From positions 3,600,929 to 3,664,928 of the forward strand of contig JBNZDD010013683.1 of assembly GCA_050575255.1 (NCBI GenBank): DNA of 64,000 bases, read 5' to 3'. The stretch is from Harriotta raleighana (lineage: Eukaryota). The stretch's first letter is position 1. Each line of letters starts with the position of its first letter. Shown one piece after another: positions 52,101-64,000 of this stretch. Below the pieces are notes generated by a model that saw nothing but the letters and a program-made list of their open reading frames with translations, was not told the DNA's origin and searched no databases. The translations under genes were made by a program, and so were the position numbers.

Positions 52101-52685
52101 GGTGTCTAATGAGGAATAACAATGGGTGATATTCTCACCTGCAAAATGTCATCAGTTTCCCCCAATTAAAAGCACCAACAACTTGGAATTGTCCACGTGG
52201 CTCATTACCTTATCTAAACTATTACATTATGACATGCAAACTTTCTTGAAAATTCTAAGAATTTTTTTATTTAACAAAAAGCAAGTTTAGGTTCATCAAT
52301 TTATTTTTATTTTTCATGGGCACTACTTGCTGTTAGCATTTGGGAGATTAGGTGAATGAGCTCAAGGCAGACCCAGATTTCAATCTCAGGGGAGGAAGGA
52401 TCCATTATAAAGCCCTGTGTCTCTCACTGAGCATAGTTCCTGTCAGACAGTATGAATCAGAGATGGCTGCAGCCATCAAATCACAGCCAGAGTGGAACTG
52501 GCTGAAGGACAACAGCACAAAGTCAACGCAATCAACAACTGGAATATAAACAAGAAACAAAATTACAATAAAAATAATATCCCTGTGAAACTGCGAGATT
52601 TGACTACCTTCATGTAAATTGGAATAAAATAAATATTTCCTGCACACAAAAAAAAGATTGTGTAGATATTCCTCTCACAGAGAAT

Positions 52686-53036
52686 TACAACAACAACAAT
52701 TTTGATTTATATAGCGCCCTCCACGCCGGACGGTTCACGATAGGGGCAGAGGTAGAAAGGTGACCAAAGGTACAGTCGAAGAGAAAGGTCTTCAGCCAGG
52801 ACCTGAAACTGGAAAAAGAGGGGGTGAGGCGGAGGGAGTGAGGAAGGGAATTCCAGAGCCCCGGGGCAGAGTGGCTGAAGGCATGTCCGCCGAGGGTGGA
52901 GTGGAGGATTCGGGAGACATGGAGGAGGCCAGACCCGGTACAGCGAAGGCAATGGCTGCTGGTTTGAGGAGAGAGGAGGTCAGAGAGGTAGAAGAGTGCA
53001 GAGGAGTGGATGGATTTGAAGACGAAAGTAAAGATC
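52686..53036 (-). mobile_element. L2 LINE 3' end (ORF2 C-terminus, tail and (TTG)n)
   Basis: FKSIHSSALFYLSDLL...LRCTGSGLLHV...GGHAFSHSAPGLWNSLPHSLR...FRSWLKTFLF is the characteristic L2 ORF2 end. Confidence 0.9.
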
Positions 53037-53571
53037 AATTAATACAATTATTGTATGCTCAGTCAGTGATTATTTTTCTGTAACATTCCATCCATAACAA
53101 GTTTGGTTAATGTTAACATTATTAACTCTAAAGTAGGTGGGTTCTGATTTTGTTATCTTTATATACTTTCAACATCAAAGTGCAATCCTTCCACTATATA
53201 ATTAGCATTAACTATGATAACCAGCAGTGAGATAGTAAAGAAAGCAAGTTTGTCATTGGGAATGTTTGTATGAAAGGCAGTTAGCTCAATAAAAGTAACA
53301 AAATTACATTTGTACAGCGCCTTTCAAGTCAGGAGGATGGAGAATAATAACAGAGAAATTAGTGCATTGTAGGATAATCCCATAATAAAATTTGTCCACA
53401 AAATGCAGTCACTACATTTGACAGTCAGTGAGTTCTGTGAATGCTTTACATAATANTAGCGCCTTTCAAGTCAGGAGGACAGAGAATAATAACAGAGAAA
53501 TTAGTGCATTGTAGAATAATCCCATAATAAAATTTGTCCACAAAATGCAGTCACTACATTTGACAGTCAGT

Positions 53572-54002
53572 GAGTTCTGTGAATGCTTTACATAATAATA
53601 AACCTTGTATTTGATATAGTGCTTTTCACATCTTCTAGANTCTGTGAATGCTTCACATAATAATAAACCTTGTATTTGATATAGTGCTTTTCACATCTTC
53701 TAGACGTCTCAATGCTCTTGACGATATTGAATGTGAATTAACTGTATATTTTGTGACCAAAATGACGTCTCAATGCTCTTGACGATATTGAATGTGAATT
53801 AACTGTATATTTTGTGACCAAAATGCAGCAGTCAATTGCATACAGCAACATCCCACAAACAAGCATGGATCGAGTGACCAAATTATTATAGTTTTTTTCT
53901 TGAGATATTATTATCAGTGCAGTGAGGAAACTTGCCCAAGGATTTGCCCTGCCAGGAAACGAACCCAGGTTTGCAATTTGTGTGCTCTAACCACTGAGCT
54001 AT
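53572..54002 (-). mobile_element. Degenerate family A SINE containing internal duplications
   Basis: Tail taataataaaccttgtatttgatatag and head gtgctctaaccactgagcta. Confidence 0.75.
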
Positions 54003-55261
54003 ATCGTCCTGATGTAAACAAAAATAGTAGATCAACTGGAAGGATTATTATGAATATTTATAAGCCGGGTAACATGTTCATTGAGGTTTATATCTTACAA
54101 TGTGCATTGGTATATTGTGACCTTTCCAGCCAATGCACTGAGCAGTAAAGTTCACCAATAGCAATCTGGAAATACAGTATGCAGCAATTGATGCAAAAGA
54201 AAATTATACTTAAGGCAATTAATACCTGAAAATTATATATTTTAAAGGTTACTATCTCATTTCTATCAATAGAAAAGTCCCCCAAATTGAAAGGTCTAGT
54301 TTCAACTCCAAGATATGGTACTGATAGTATTTAATAGTACACTGTATTTATCATTAACATTACATGTACCTCGTCACACAAAACTCACCGTCGGTGGTGT
54401 TTGGTAACTACGTACATTCTTAACCTCACAAAGGTGGGTGAGAAGTCCCTCATACTTATTTGATCTCACCTTCCACAATATGAATCCAATATTCTTTCCA
54501 TGTACGGCATCAAGCGTTTTTTCTAATGAGTCCAATATCGAGGCCTCAAGCAGCTTTCAATGGTGACCCGTTTATACAATTCATTACCTTCTCATCTTCC
54601 TGGTGTTCATTTAGTACTTATCCTTAACAACCTTGGCAATGGAGCCCAACATCTATTTTGTTTATTGCTGCTTTATACTGGGTGAGCAATGAATGAATTG
54701 ACACTTCTAGATTTCATCCAGTGTTTCCCCTAAAATATATATCCAACTCTGAGTACTGTGTGCATTTGCCTGCAATAAACTTAATTTGTCATTGATTACT
54801 CCAGGGACTGAGTGGCAATTGTCGGAACTTGGGTACTCTTTTCTGATTCCACAGTCCTGTCTCCTCCCCCTACCCACCCACCCCCACACACACACACACA
54901 TGCGTGTGCGCACAATTTGATGGCATCTGCAAATTTAACAACATGCTCAGAGTCTGTGAATCAAAGTTATTAATGCATTCAACTGGAAATCTGTTGAAAC
55001 AAATTACTAATTGACTGAAGATTGTGAAGTCTTAACGCTAACCAGGAGACAGTTCTTTTCTTTCCTAATTTACACTGTGGACAAGGAGGCTACTTAAATC
55101 AAACTGTTCAAATGGACAATTAGAGATTGATTTTACACTAACACATAGAAAATAAACAAAGCCATAAATCGCTGGTTTTGTCAAAGTTGTTCTTCCTTGA
55201 AAGTTAAAAGTGAATGATGTCTGAACTAAATAGATAGCATGTTGTCTTGAAACACTTACTT

Positions 55262-55547
55262 TAATAATAATTCTTGAATTTGATATAGGGCTTTTCACGT
55301 CTTCTAGACATCTCAAAACACTTCACAGAATATACTAGAAAGTGAATTGACTGTATATCTGTGGGCGAAATGCGGCAGCCAATTGCGCACAGCAGTGTCC
55401 CATAAACACTGAAATGAACATTTTTTTTGAGGGATTATTATCCGGCATGTGGAGTAAGGAAACCTGCTGAAGATTTCCCCCTGCCGGGAATTGAACCCAG
55501 GTCTCTCACTTGTAAGGCGAGTGCTCTAACCACTAAGCTACAGGAGC
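55262..55547 (-). mobile_element. Family A SINE, full length, with a well-preserved tRNA-like head (55476-55547)
   Basis: Minus strand reads GCTCCTGTAGCTTAGTGGTTAGAGCACTCGCCTTACAAGTGAGAGACCTGGGTTCAATTCCCGGCAGGGGGA. Confidence 0.9.
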
Positions 55548-55603
55548 AAATAAAACAGATTTTGCCAATGGGATACATAATCATTGAATAAAGATGATCT
55601 TAC

Positions 55604-55699
55604 CTGTCTGACAGCCTTGTCCTTTGAAGCCAGGAGGGCAGGCGCACGAGTTGGGCGCAACACAGCTTCCTCCATTCCTGCAGCCTTCCTCACAGAATG
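55604..55699 (-). CDS. NELL1: NELL1 internal exon (EGF-like repeat), 96 bp, phase 1-1; first coding exon visible in the window
   Basis: Acceptor tctcttcaaAG|CATTC and donor ACAG|GTAAG. Translates (A)FCEEGCRNGGSCVAPNSCACPPGFKGQGCQT(D), matching recalled NELL1 AFCEEGCRYGGTCVAPNKCVCPSGF. Confidence 0.93.
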
Positions 55700-57086
55700 C
55701 TTTGAAGAGAAAGAGATTTTTAAGGCTATGGTGGAATTGACACAAAATAAAAATCAAAGCAAGCAACCAGTCGATGACTAACCACAACCATAAAATAACC
55801 AGGTATAGACATCTTCATCTGATGTATGGACATTCCATTTCCAATGCTTTAATAATAGTCCGTACATTGGATAGTGCCTTTGAAGTGTGTGTGTGTAGGG
55901 GGGGGGGAGGGGGGAACAACATTACAAAGTGCTTCACAGGAAATAATAAGAATCCCTTCATTTAATATAGTGCCTTATCATGGCATTGAGACATCTCAAG
56001 GCCCTTCACAGAATATAGTGTAAAGTGAGGCGGCTGTGTATTTTATGCACTTTTAAAGGTGAGAGCACAACATATATTCGACTACATTAATAAAACAGAC
56101 TGCAGCTTAGTAATAGTGAGGAAAACATGCAAAAAGTCAAAAGTGGTCGGGGAGAGGGGAAATGGATACAGTTCAATCTGGCCGTAGCTGAGTGTGAAGA
56201 ATAAATTCCTGCCAGACATGTTCTAAAACATGTGCTTCGCTCTACTGAAAATTCTAACAAGCCACCTGCTTGATTATACCCCTTACTGCTGATCGCTGGG
56301 GAGCATTTACAGCAGACCGGATGCAAGGAGGCAGCAGGTGGAAGTGGATTCATCCAGAAAGCTGCAGCAGCGCATGCGACATCATGGGTTGGGCTATAGC
56401 GTTGCAAGCGTTCAGGGGACAAAATGAACAGGTGTAAGCTATTCAGTTGAGAGATAGAGCAGGAGTGAACCAATGAACCAGGTGAATAAATGTATACTGA
56501 AGAGAAATCTGTTTCCATCAGCAACAGTCACTGGAACATTGGTGCAGAAAGGAAATCTGCGCCAATACAGTGGCAAGTCACATTACATCATAAAAGGAAA
56601 AAAACGTCTGCACCAGATTTGCATTTACACAATATTCATTTATATTTCATTCCGCGTTTCTGTTGGATTGTAGTAGCAGGCATGTATTAATAGGATTTTA
56701 GGAGAGAAAATCTGTCTGATTGAGCTTTGCTTACACAAAGAAAAACTAGACACAATTTGAGAAGACAGGAGAAAGCATCACACCAATGAAAAATCCTTTT
56801 AATACTTTCCTTTACAGAACGCCTACTTAAGATTAAAAACTGGTAATATGACCCGAGGAGTCCAAGAATTTATTTCCCGATAAATTGCAGCATTTGAAGG
56901 ACAACTGCACAAAGCCCTCCCTCAGGATATCTTTGCTCTCTCTGAATTGCCAAAAACTACAGTGCAAAGAAATAAAACGACAGGCTCCTTTGAAATATTA
57001 ACCACACATTCTGTGACATTGTTGCTGATCCATTAATTTGGTCCCTTTATTTCTTGCTTAACGAATTAAAGTTTGGCTTGATGCAT

Positions 57087-57335
57087 TGATCTTTCAGCCT
57101 CACTGTCCCCACAATCTGGAACTCCATCCCACAATCCCTTTGCCTTGCTTCCTCCCTTGCCTCCTTCAAGGCCGGTCTCAAGACCCTCCTTTTCGATCAT
57201 GCCTTCGGCCGCCCTCCCACCTCTCTCCCTCCCCTTCCCCGTGCTTGGGTCCCGACCACTGTCTGTTCAGCACCTTGGGAAGTCCTTCTGACATGAAAGG
57301 TGTTCTATAAATGTAATTTTGTTGTTATTGTTATT
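57087..57335 (+). mobile_element. L2 3' end
   Basis: tctggaactccatccc...ctcaagaccctccttttcgatcatgccttcgg...atgaaaggtgttctataaatgtaattttgttg. Similar tails at about 712-850, 13542-13662, 15209-15329, 16755-16995 (-), 32150-32345 and 43040-43170. Confidence 0.8.
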
Positions 57336-58834
57336 CAGTGACCCCCAATAGAATATACAACACATCACTATGCTTTTAAATCTATCTTATGAATAGCTAA
57401 ATGGCAAGCTAAAACAGACAATGCAATGCTACCTGAGTGGAATTGGGAAAATAAGGATATCAGGAGGATAAAATATTAGCTATTTGATTAGTTTTGTAGA
57501 TTACCTTCTGAAAACTTGCTTAATGGACAATTCTATCAATATTTGTATGTATAGTATGTTTGGCTCTAAATTAGTTTCTGGGACAAATAGCTAGTGACCA
57601 GAGAGAGAATTGGTAAGATATGAGTGATGTGAGGATGGGAGGCATCAAGAGTAAGTCACCTGAACTCCTGAACTCACTGATGATACAGATATGAACCAGT
57701 TGGACAAAGATCTATGAAGCTAAAAACCCGGACGCCATCATTAGAAACAATACTTTTTTATTTAAAAAAATCTGATTACTGTATAATGCTCTAATTTAAT
57801 TGATACTCTTCATTCAATGTTTATTACAAGATAATTGAAAGCTTGATTTGTTCTACATTATGAATTTCCACACTTTGAATTAATTACTTTTTATATAAAA
57901 AAACTATAACGGTACCAGCCAGTTTATTTGCTTCCATTCTTATCACTCTGCTTCATCAGTACACAGCCATGCTTGTCATACTGATGATATAAATTAGCGA
58001 CATGGCTATATGAATATTTGAGGTAAAGGCTGTCAACTCCATTAATAGGCTGCCATCCTTTCTACTGAATTAAAGGATTAGCATGCTACAGCCATAATCA
58101 CTAGCTGCCCTGTTATAGTGTGACAAGGGACCTCAGGTTTCGCTGTCTAGTCCAAGTGCCTGATATTATTCACCTTTCCTTCTCAAGGCAAGCTTGGGAG
58201 ATGACAAGTTGCCATCAAATGTGTTAATTTTTGTCAACGCAGCAAGGTATGAAATTGATGCTGGAAGAGTAGCAGGAAAAATTATACTGATACTTTCCCT
58301 GGGCTCGGAGGATACGGATATCATGCAGATTTTGTCCCAAGTTTTTTTTTCTTGCAGCTCATTAATCGGCTCTGTATCACGCTCAGCAAACTAGAGACAA
58401 CTCGCTCTCCCACTCCGAACAAATTTGTGGGTTTCTAACAAAACCAAAATCCTGCTGAAAATGCACTGCAAGGTCAACAAGCATCTGTAAGAGAAAGGTT
58501 AATGCTTTGGATACAACTTCAACAGCAACAACAACAAAATTACACTTGTATAGCGCCTTTCACATCAGGAGGACGTCCCAAGGTGCTGACTTCATCAGAA
58601 CTCGTGCATTTTATGATTTCTGCTTCAGATTTACAGCATTCACATTTTTTCTGCCCTCTTCCAAGGATTTTTACACATATCGAACACGTCTACCTATCCA
58701 TATGAATGATTACAGTATTAAAGAATAAATAATTTTTCCCCCAATTCCCAACCAAGTCATCTAGCATCTAGATTGGTTCAGTGAAGCGCAAAGCATACTC
58801 AATGCTGATCTCCTCTATGTTACCCTTACAATCT

Positions 58835-59290
58835 ATAATAATCCTTCCAATTGATATATGGTAATGCCTTTTATGTGGTCTTGATATCACAAAGTGCTTC
58901 ACATGATTTACGTGTAATGACTGTATTTTGTAGATGAATGTGGCAGCCAATTTTTTTTAGACATACTCGTGAAATGCCCCACAAACAGCCATGAAATGAA
59001 TTACCAATTTTATGTGGGGAATTGTTGGCCCAGGAGAAGAACAACAATAAAATTACACTTGTTTAGCGCCTTTCCAAATCGCTTCTCTATACAAATACAG
59101 GTAGTGCCACAGGATCTTTATCTTCTACCTGAATAGGCAGATAGGAGCTTTGGATAATGTCTTATCCAAAGAATTGACACCTCCAACAATGTAGCGCTCC
59201 CATATTGAAGTGATCGCCCCTAGACTGTGACTTCAAAGTGTCAAGCCACCGATTCTGCTGATTCAGAGGTGAGAGTGCTGCCAACTAACC
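58835..59290 (-). mobile_element. Older DeuSINE-like element (family B) with a nested short L2 tail
   Basis: Same motifs in reverse (gtagtgccacaggatctttatcttctacctgaataggcaga). L2 tail at about 59041-59075. Confidence 0.65.
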
Positions 59291-62200
59291 TCGATTACCT
59301 CCACAACAAAGCCCCCCGCCCACCCTCACACAAGCTCCCTCGCATAACAGCAGGATTCCATTCCACGCCTATCTCTGCCCTAGTGGGCCAACTCTGTGAT
59401 AAAATTAGTTTGGAACCTCTGATCTGTGTTTTATCTGTGGATTCAAACTTTCTATATTCTGAGGATCAAGATGGTATTTTACATGAGTGTACACTCGAGC
59501 AACATTGCAAAACACATCATAAATACACAAGTTTCCTCCAGTCATGTGCTACCAATAAGGCTGAACATCAAAATGCAGTATGTGTTTTGAAGAATGTCTC
59601 GGAGATGGACATTTTTCACCCACAGGTTGGTGAACTAAGAGTCAGGAAACAGCAGTAGGTTTCAAAAGGTGAGAGATGCTGTCTCCCCCACTTGAAGATT
59701 GTTGCTGCTCCCAATTGATACAAAGACAATAATTTTCAATATATTTAATCGTCTGTTAATATCCTTGGCAAAGATATTTTCAAATCCATGCGCATGTAGA
59801 TAAAGTATCTCTGATTCATTTTCTGTTATTTAAAGATTGCTAAAGTAACATTGAACACCCACTAATTCTGGAACTTTCTGACAGCTGTTTTATATGCGAA
59901 TGCAGCGCACTTAATATCCGTAAACTGCCTGCAATTCAAATCTCTTTCTGGGATTTTTTGACAGCATGAAAATCGGATCTGTCATTCTCACTATCGGATT
60001 ATTGACTCAAGATTCAGGCATTTCCTCATGTTGACCATAACACAATTAAACGATTTTCCGCTGCCATTGCATTACCCGATTCAAAGTACAGTACTAGCTT
60101 TGATACAAGACAGCTGCTCAATAAACAAGTCAATATATAGCACATTTGTGGCTATAAAATGTCAAACTAACATGCTGACTATGACGATGCTCTCATTTGG
60201 ATTTGTGAGTAGTAAACCTCAGATGTATTGATGCCAACCCTCATACTCTATTTGGTCGCCAATCCCAGTAGAATCGATGTCCCAGCGGAGAACAACAAAG
60301 CTGGCCTCGACATATCTGGGATTTGTTATTTCAGACAATCGTTTGCAAATCTCGCAAATTAGAATCCAATCTTCGCTGCAGTATTCACCTGTTAAAAAAA
60401 ATGTATCACTACATAATCTGGATGTCCACAAATAGTGGCTAGCATATTCATATGTATATGTTTACCCAGCAAGTACGTAGGAACCGTATGGTGGATCACT
60501 TTCTGGGGATAATAAACTCTTAAAAAATCAATCCACGACTCTTTGTGGGCACTGTTGAGTGCAAATGGCTGCCTGTGTTTTGCCCACAAAATACAGTCAA
60601 TTCACTTCATGTCCCGTGACGGCCTGAGGCATCTTGACAATATGATGAGACGCAATATTAATTGATTATTATCATATTCACGTGCAAAGCCAACTACATT
60701 TCCCGATGACTGACTATAGGATGATACTGTGAAGTCTCTTATTTAAAAAAGAGTAAACTCCTAAATATAAAACTCATAGGTGAAACCATTTTGACAGCAT
60801 GAATAACTCCTCTGTTCAATGAAGGCAATACTAAAATGTATACACAGAAGAGCTCCTCAAATTACCAATAAAGCACCAACTCAGAGGCAGGACTCAAGTT
60901 TGATACACAGTCATATTTATGAGAAAGCTGCCAAAGACTTCAGCCAGTTGACATTCCCCTAGACAAACATCAATGATCCAACACTTGTAATATTAACAAA
61001 TGCTGCCATCAAAATTCATTAGTGTTACGATTACCTGCCCCAAATTTATCCTTATCCTGCAATTGTTACAGATGAAAGTCAAAAAGGTTCTCGATGAATG
61101 CCAGGTTTGTATCTTTCAATAAATAATAAAAGCCATCACTGAAAATCCTTCTGTCCCTGATAATGCCCGAACTCTAGTATCAGAATGATTTGCATTGTGC
61201 TTGACAGCAGGTCTTGTGGTCCCATTAACATAAAAAGCACTGGACAGAGGTAACTCATTTCCCAATGAATTGCTCTACGCTGCTTTGTTGATGTTGCAGA
61301 TTTGGATTCCATAACTTTCATCTGAATCCATGCCTACACGTGCACAAACGCACACACACACACACACAAGAGTTCAGTGAACTGACCCGCTGAAAGTCAT
61401 GATGATAAATAACAATGTCATATGCTTTAATGCTTGCCTTCCTGAAGCATTCATTTCATTAATGTAAGATAATGTCAGAGGTACCTTAATAATAATAAAG
61501 ATTGGTAGAGTTCATGTATTCTTATTTCAGCTCAATCTTCATAAGAGCATCTGATATTTATAATGGGCCTGAAAGGTTCAAACCTATTCCTGGAAATATT
61601 TTCAGATCCTTTGGGTAACGTTAAGTACTGTTGCCAGCAAACATATTCTATGCTTCAATTTAATGGGCTGAATTTCAATTTTTTTTCTCTCCCTTAATGA
61701 AAAATGTGGACATCTCTTTCAGTGAGACGATCCATTATTTGAACCTACATAAAATGTGCTTGTACCTAAATTCGCTGTTTAAATCAGAGCTCTGCACCAT
61801 CCCATAGGCAGACTTAATTAGTGTTTGTATGATTTATTGGAGACAAAAAAGTCATTCAGGGCCTGAATTCGTCATTCCTGAGAAAATACGGAAATGAACT
61901 TACGCATTGTTCTTCGAACATTCACAGGCTCTTTCAAAGAAATAATTCTGCTCTCATTGAAAATGGCATGTGCCACTTTTTAAACTGAAGTATCCATATT
62001 CACTGGATTCCCATCGGAAATCATGCCAATTCTGAAAATGTCGGCCTGCAAGTATGGCACTTTGCAAAGAATAATTCATAGCTCAGCTACATTGGCTACA
62101 AAATTAAACAGTTAAGTCCTATTAATTGGGGCACCCAGTAGCAATAGTCTATTTATCAAGCGAACGTCATGGGAAAAAAAAACAGCGCTGACTTCAATTT

Positions 62201-64000
62201 GTTGTGTCTCATGTGCACAATCTCCATTAGACCATCTCTACTATGAAGCAGGAATCATTATAGGTCATTTTTTGCATATTTTCTCCCATAGCTTTCTAAC
62301 TTAATTGCAGGCTCTCAATGGTTTTCAAAATCTCACAGGATTTTAAGCCTAAGTTATTCTGGAAGATTTAAAGCACAGACAAAATGACAAAAAACTAACT
62401 TTACGGAAGGAATAGGTGCACGTTGGGGTAAGGTAAATATGTTGGTTGGAGATCAAAGAGAAATAGCAAATGGGCACGTTTTAAAGAATGACTAATGTAT
62501 GAGGTTACCATGGAAATGAGACCGAGCCACAGATGTTCCACAGCGATTTCTTGTGTTGCGATTCAAAAATGCCAACAAAGAGAAAACAATAGCATCATAG
62601 GGATGAAATTCAATGGTGTTAGACAATATATTTTAAATGTTAAGTGGTTGCAGCTGAGTGAACATTCTTCCATTTAAGCTACAACATACTCAAACAATAC
62701 GCACTGATTCTGCTATCGATTGAAAGACCAGTAGTACAGTACATTGCTTTACAACTGTCTGGCAGGAGTTATTTACCCACTCAACGCAAATAAGACTCTT
62801 TAAGTACTGCAAACACCCTTTATATTGTCGTAGGTTTTCCTTATTGATTAAACACCTCAGTTGACTATGAGGTACAAACATAATGCTTTTATTATCAAAA
62901 GCAATTTAATGTCAACTCATTTGGAGGACAATTTGAGTATTTCAGAGCACATTCAAATTAATAGACCGGCCATTATATAAATCTATGATTTGTTTTTGAA
63001 AGAGGAATATTTGAATTGAGGGGATATTTGTTGGGTTGAATGCTTGAAAATTAGTTGATTGTAATGAAGACAAGCATGAAAATTACCTTTAAGCATTGAA
63101 AGATCATAGTTTTCATGGAAAAGAGATGTGAGACTCCTCTAACTATTCTGTTCAATTCACCTTATTTATTTTTAATGACACAGATTCCATTCATTGTTGC
63201 CAGGTGTATTAAGCACACTGCCATGAAATTATTCACCAAGTGAATGAGACTATCTTTGTGCAGAAAATTGGATCCAACTCAACACTCTCTATTAATAAAT
63301 GGGTGATCCTGATAAAACTGATAAATAATGATGCATTGCAAAGACTACATATACACACTTATTGTATGTTTTTATGACATCAATGTACAATACTGGGGTT
63401 TGCACAGAAACGCCATTTCATTGGTCCAACTTCGGGAAAATATTAAGGGCGTCACCTGAAAATGGATGGTTTTACAACAGACGAAGAACCTCTGAAATGT
63501 CAAATCGGCAATTTAGATGGGAACAATTATTAGCATTTGATAGCCAAACTTAAGAAGTCTAAAATTTACAAAAGACTCACATGATGTCAAACACTGCCAA
63601 TCAGCAGCCTGCTGGATAGTCTTCATTCTTCTTTCTAAAAATCTATTTTCGATTTAAAAAAGGTCACAAATGATATTTTGACATCCCACAGTTAGTTTAA
63701 TAGACCATGCTGCCTTTACTCTGGATACTAATTCTAATTACTCCGTTCTAATCATTGTACTATATTACCATTGCGAATACACGTTTCATTACTTCAGTAA
63801 GGAAACTATTTTTCATTTTCTGGAACATGATAAAGCCATGTTTCAATTCAGTGCTTATTTACTTCACTATAGAGTTACGACTGCAAACCACTTGTAAGAA
63901 TTAAGTTCTTAATAAGCTTTGGTAAATTGAACAGGAAACTCAACAGTCACCCACCCACACAGTGAACTAGAATGTAGTGTGTGATGAAGCAAAGAGAGCA

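Noticed and set aside
52685-53038. 117-aa ORF as a host gene
   Set aside because: It is the C-terminus of L2 ORF2.
55476-55547. Bona fide tRNA-Val gene
   Set aside because: It continues directly into the SINE body and tail, has a 1-72 mismatch, and is unlike vertebrate tRNA-Val.
55700-64000. The next upstream NELL1 EGF exon
   Set aside because: No Cys-patterned frame with splice sites was found, so it probably lies beyond the window.
1-64000. CRISPR arrays, operons, prophage or defence systems
   Set aside because: This is eukaryotic intron-rich DNA. Recurrent motifs are dispersed retroposon copies, not regularly spaced repeats.

Overview
AT-rich, repeat-dense vertebrate genomic DNA from a draft assembly with two N gaps and several single-N joins. 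The repeat content suggests a cartilaginous fish, possibly a chimaera such as Callorhinchus; this is an inference. The window holds the last six coding exons of a minus-strand NELL1 gene (96, 141, 194, 177, 225 and 51 bp, all with GT-AG sites and compatible phases), encoding EGF, Ca-EGF and VWC domains and ending ...NGNICCLVDVDCLHNN*. The 177-bp exon appears twice because of a gap-flanking duplication that is most likely an assembly artefact. The rest is intron or 3' flank containing tRNA-headed SINEs with a Deu-like core and L2-type tail, L2 and CR1 LINE fragments, Penelope-like termini, a MITE and candidate conserved non-coding elements. I found no convincing new multi-gene system. The most interesting unexplained signals are: (1) a histone H2B-derived pseudogene joined to SINE-core repeats and an L2 tail, (2) a minimal hammerhead ribozyme motif in a Penelope-like terminus, (3) a tail-to-tail SINE hairpin in a NELL1 intron, and (4) a SINE head that still folds as a near-complete tRNA. 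Repeat boundaries are approximate and family names and reference protein comparisons come from recalled consensus sequences, not database searches.
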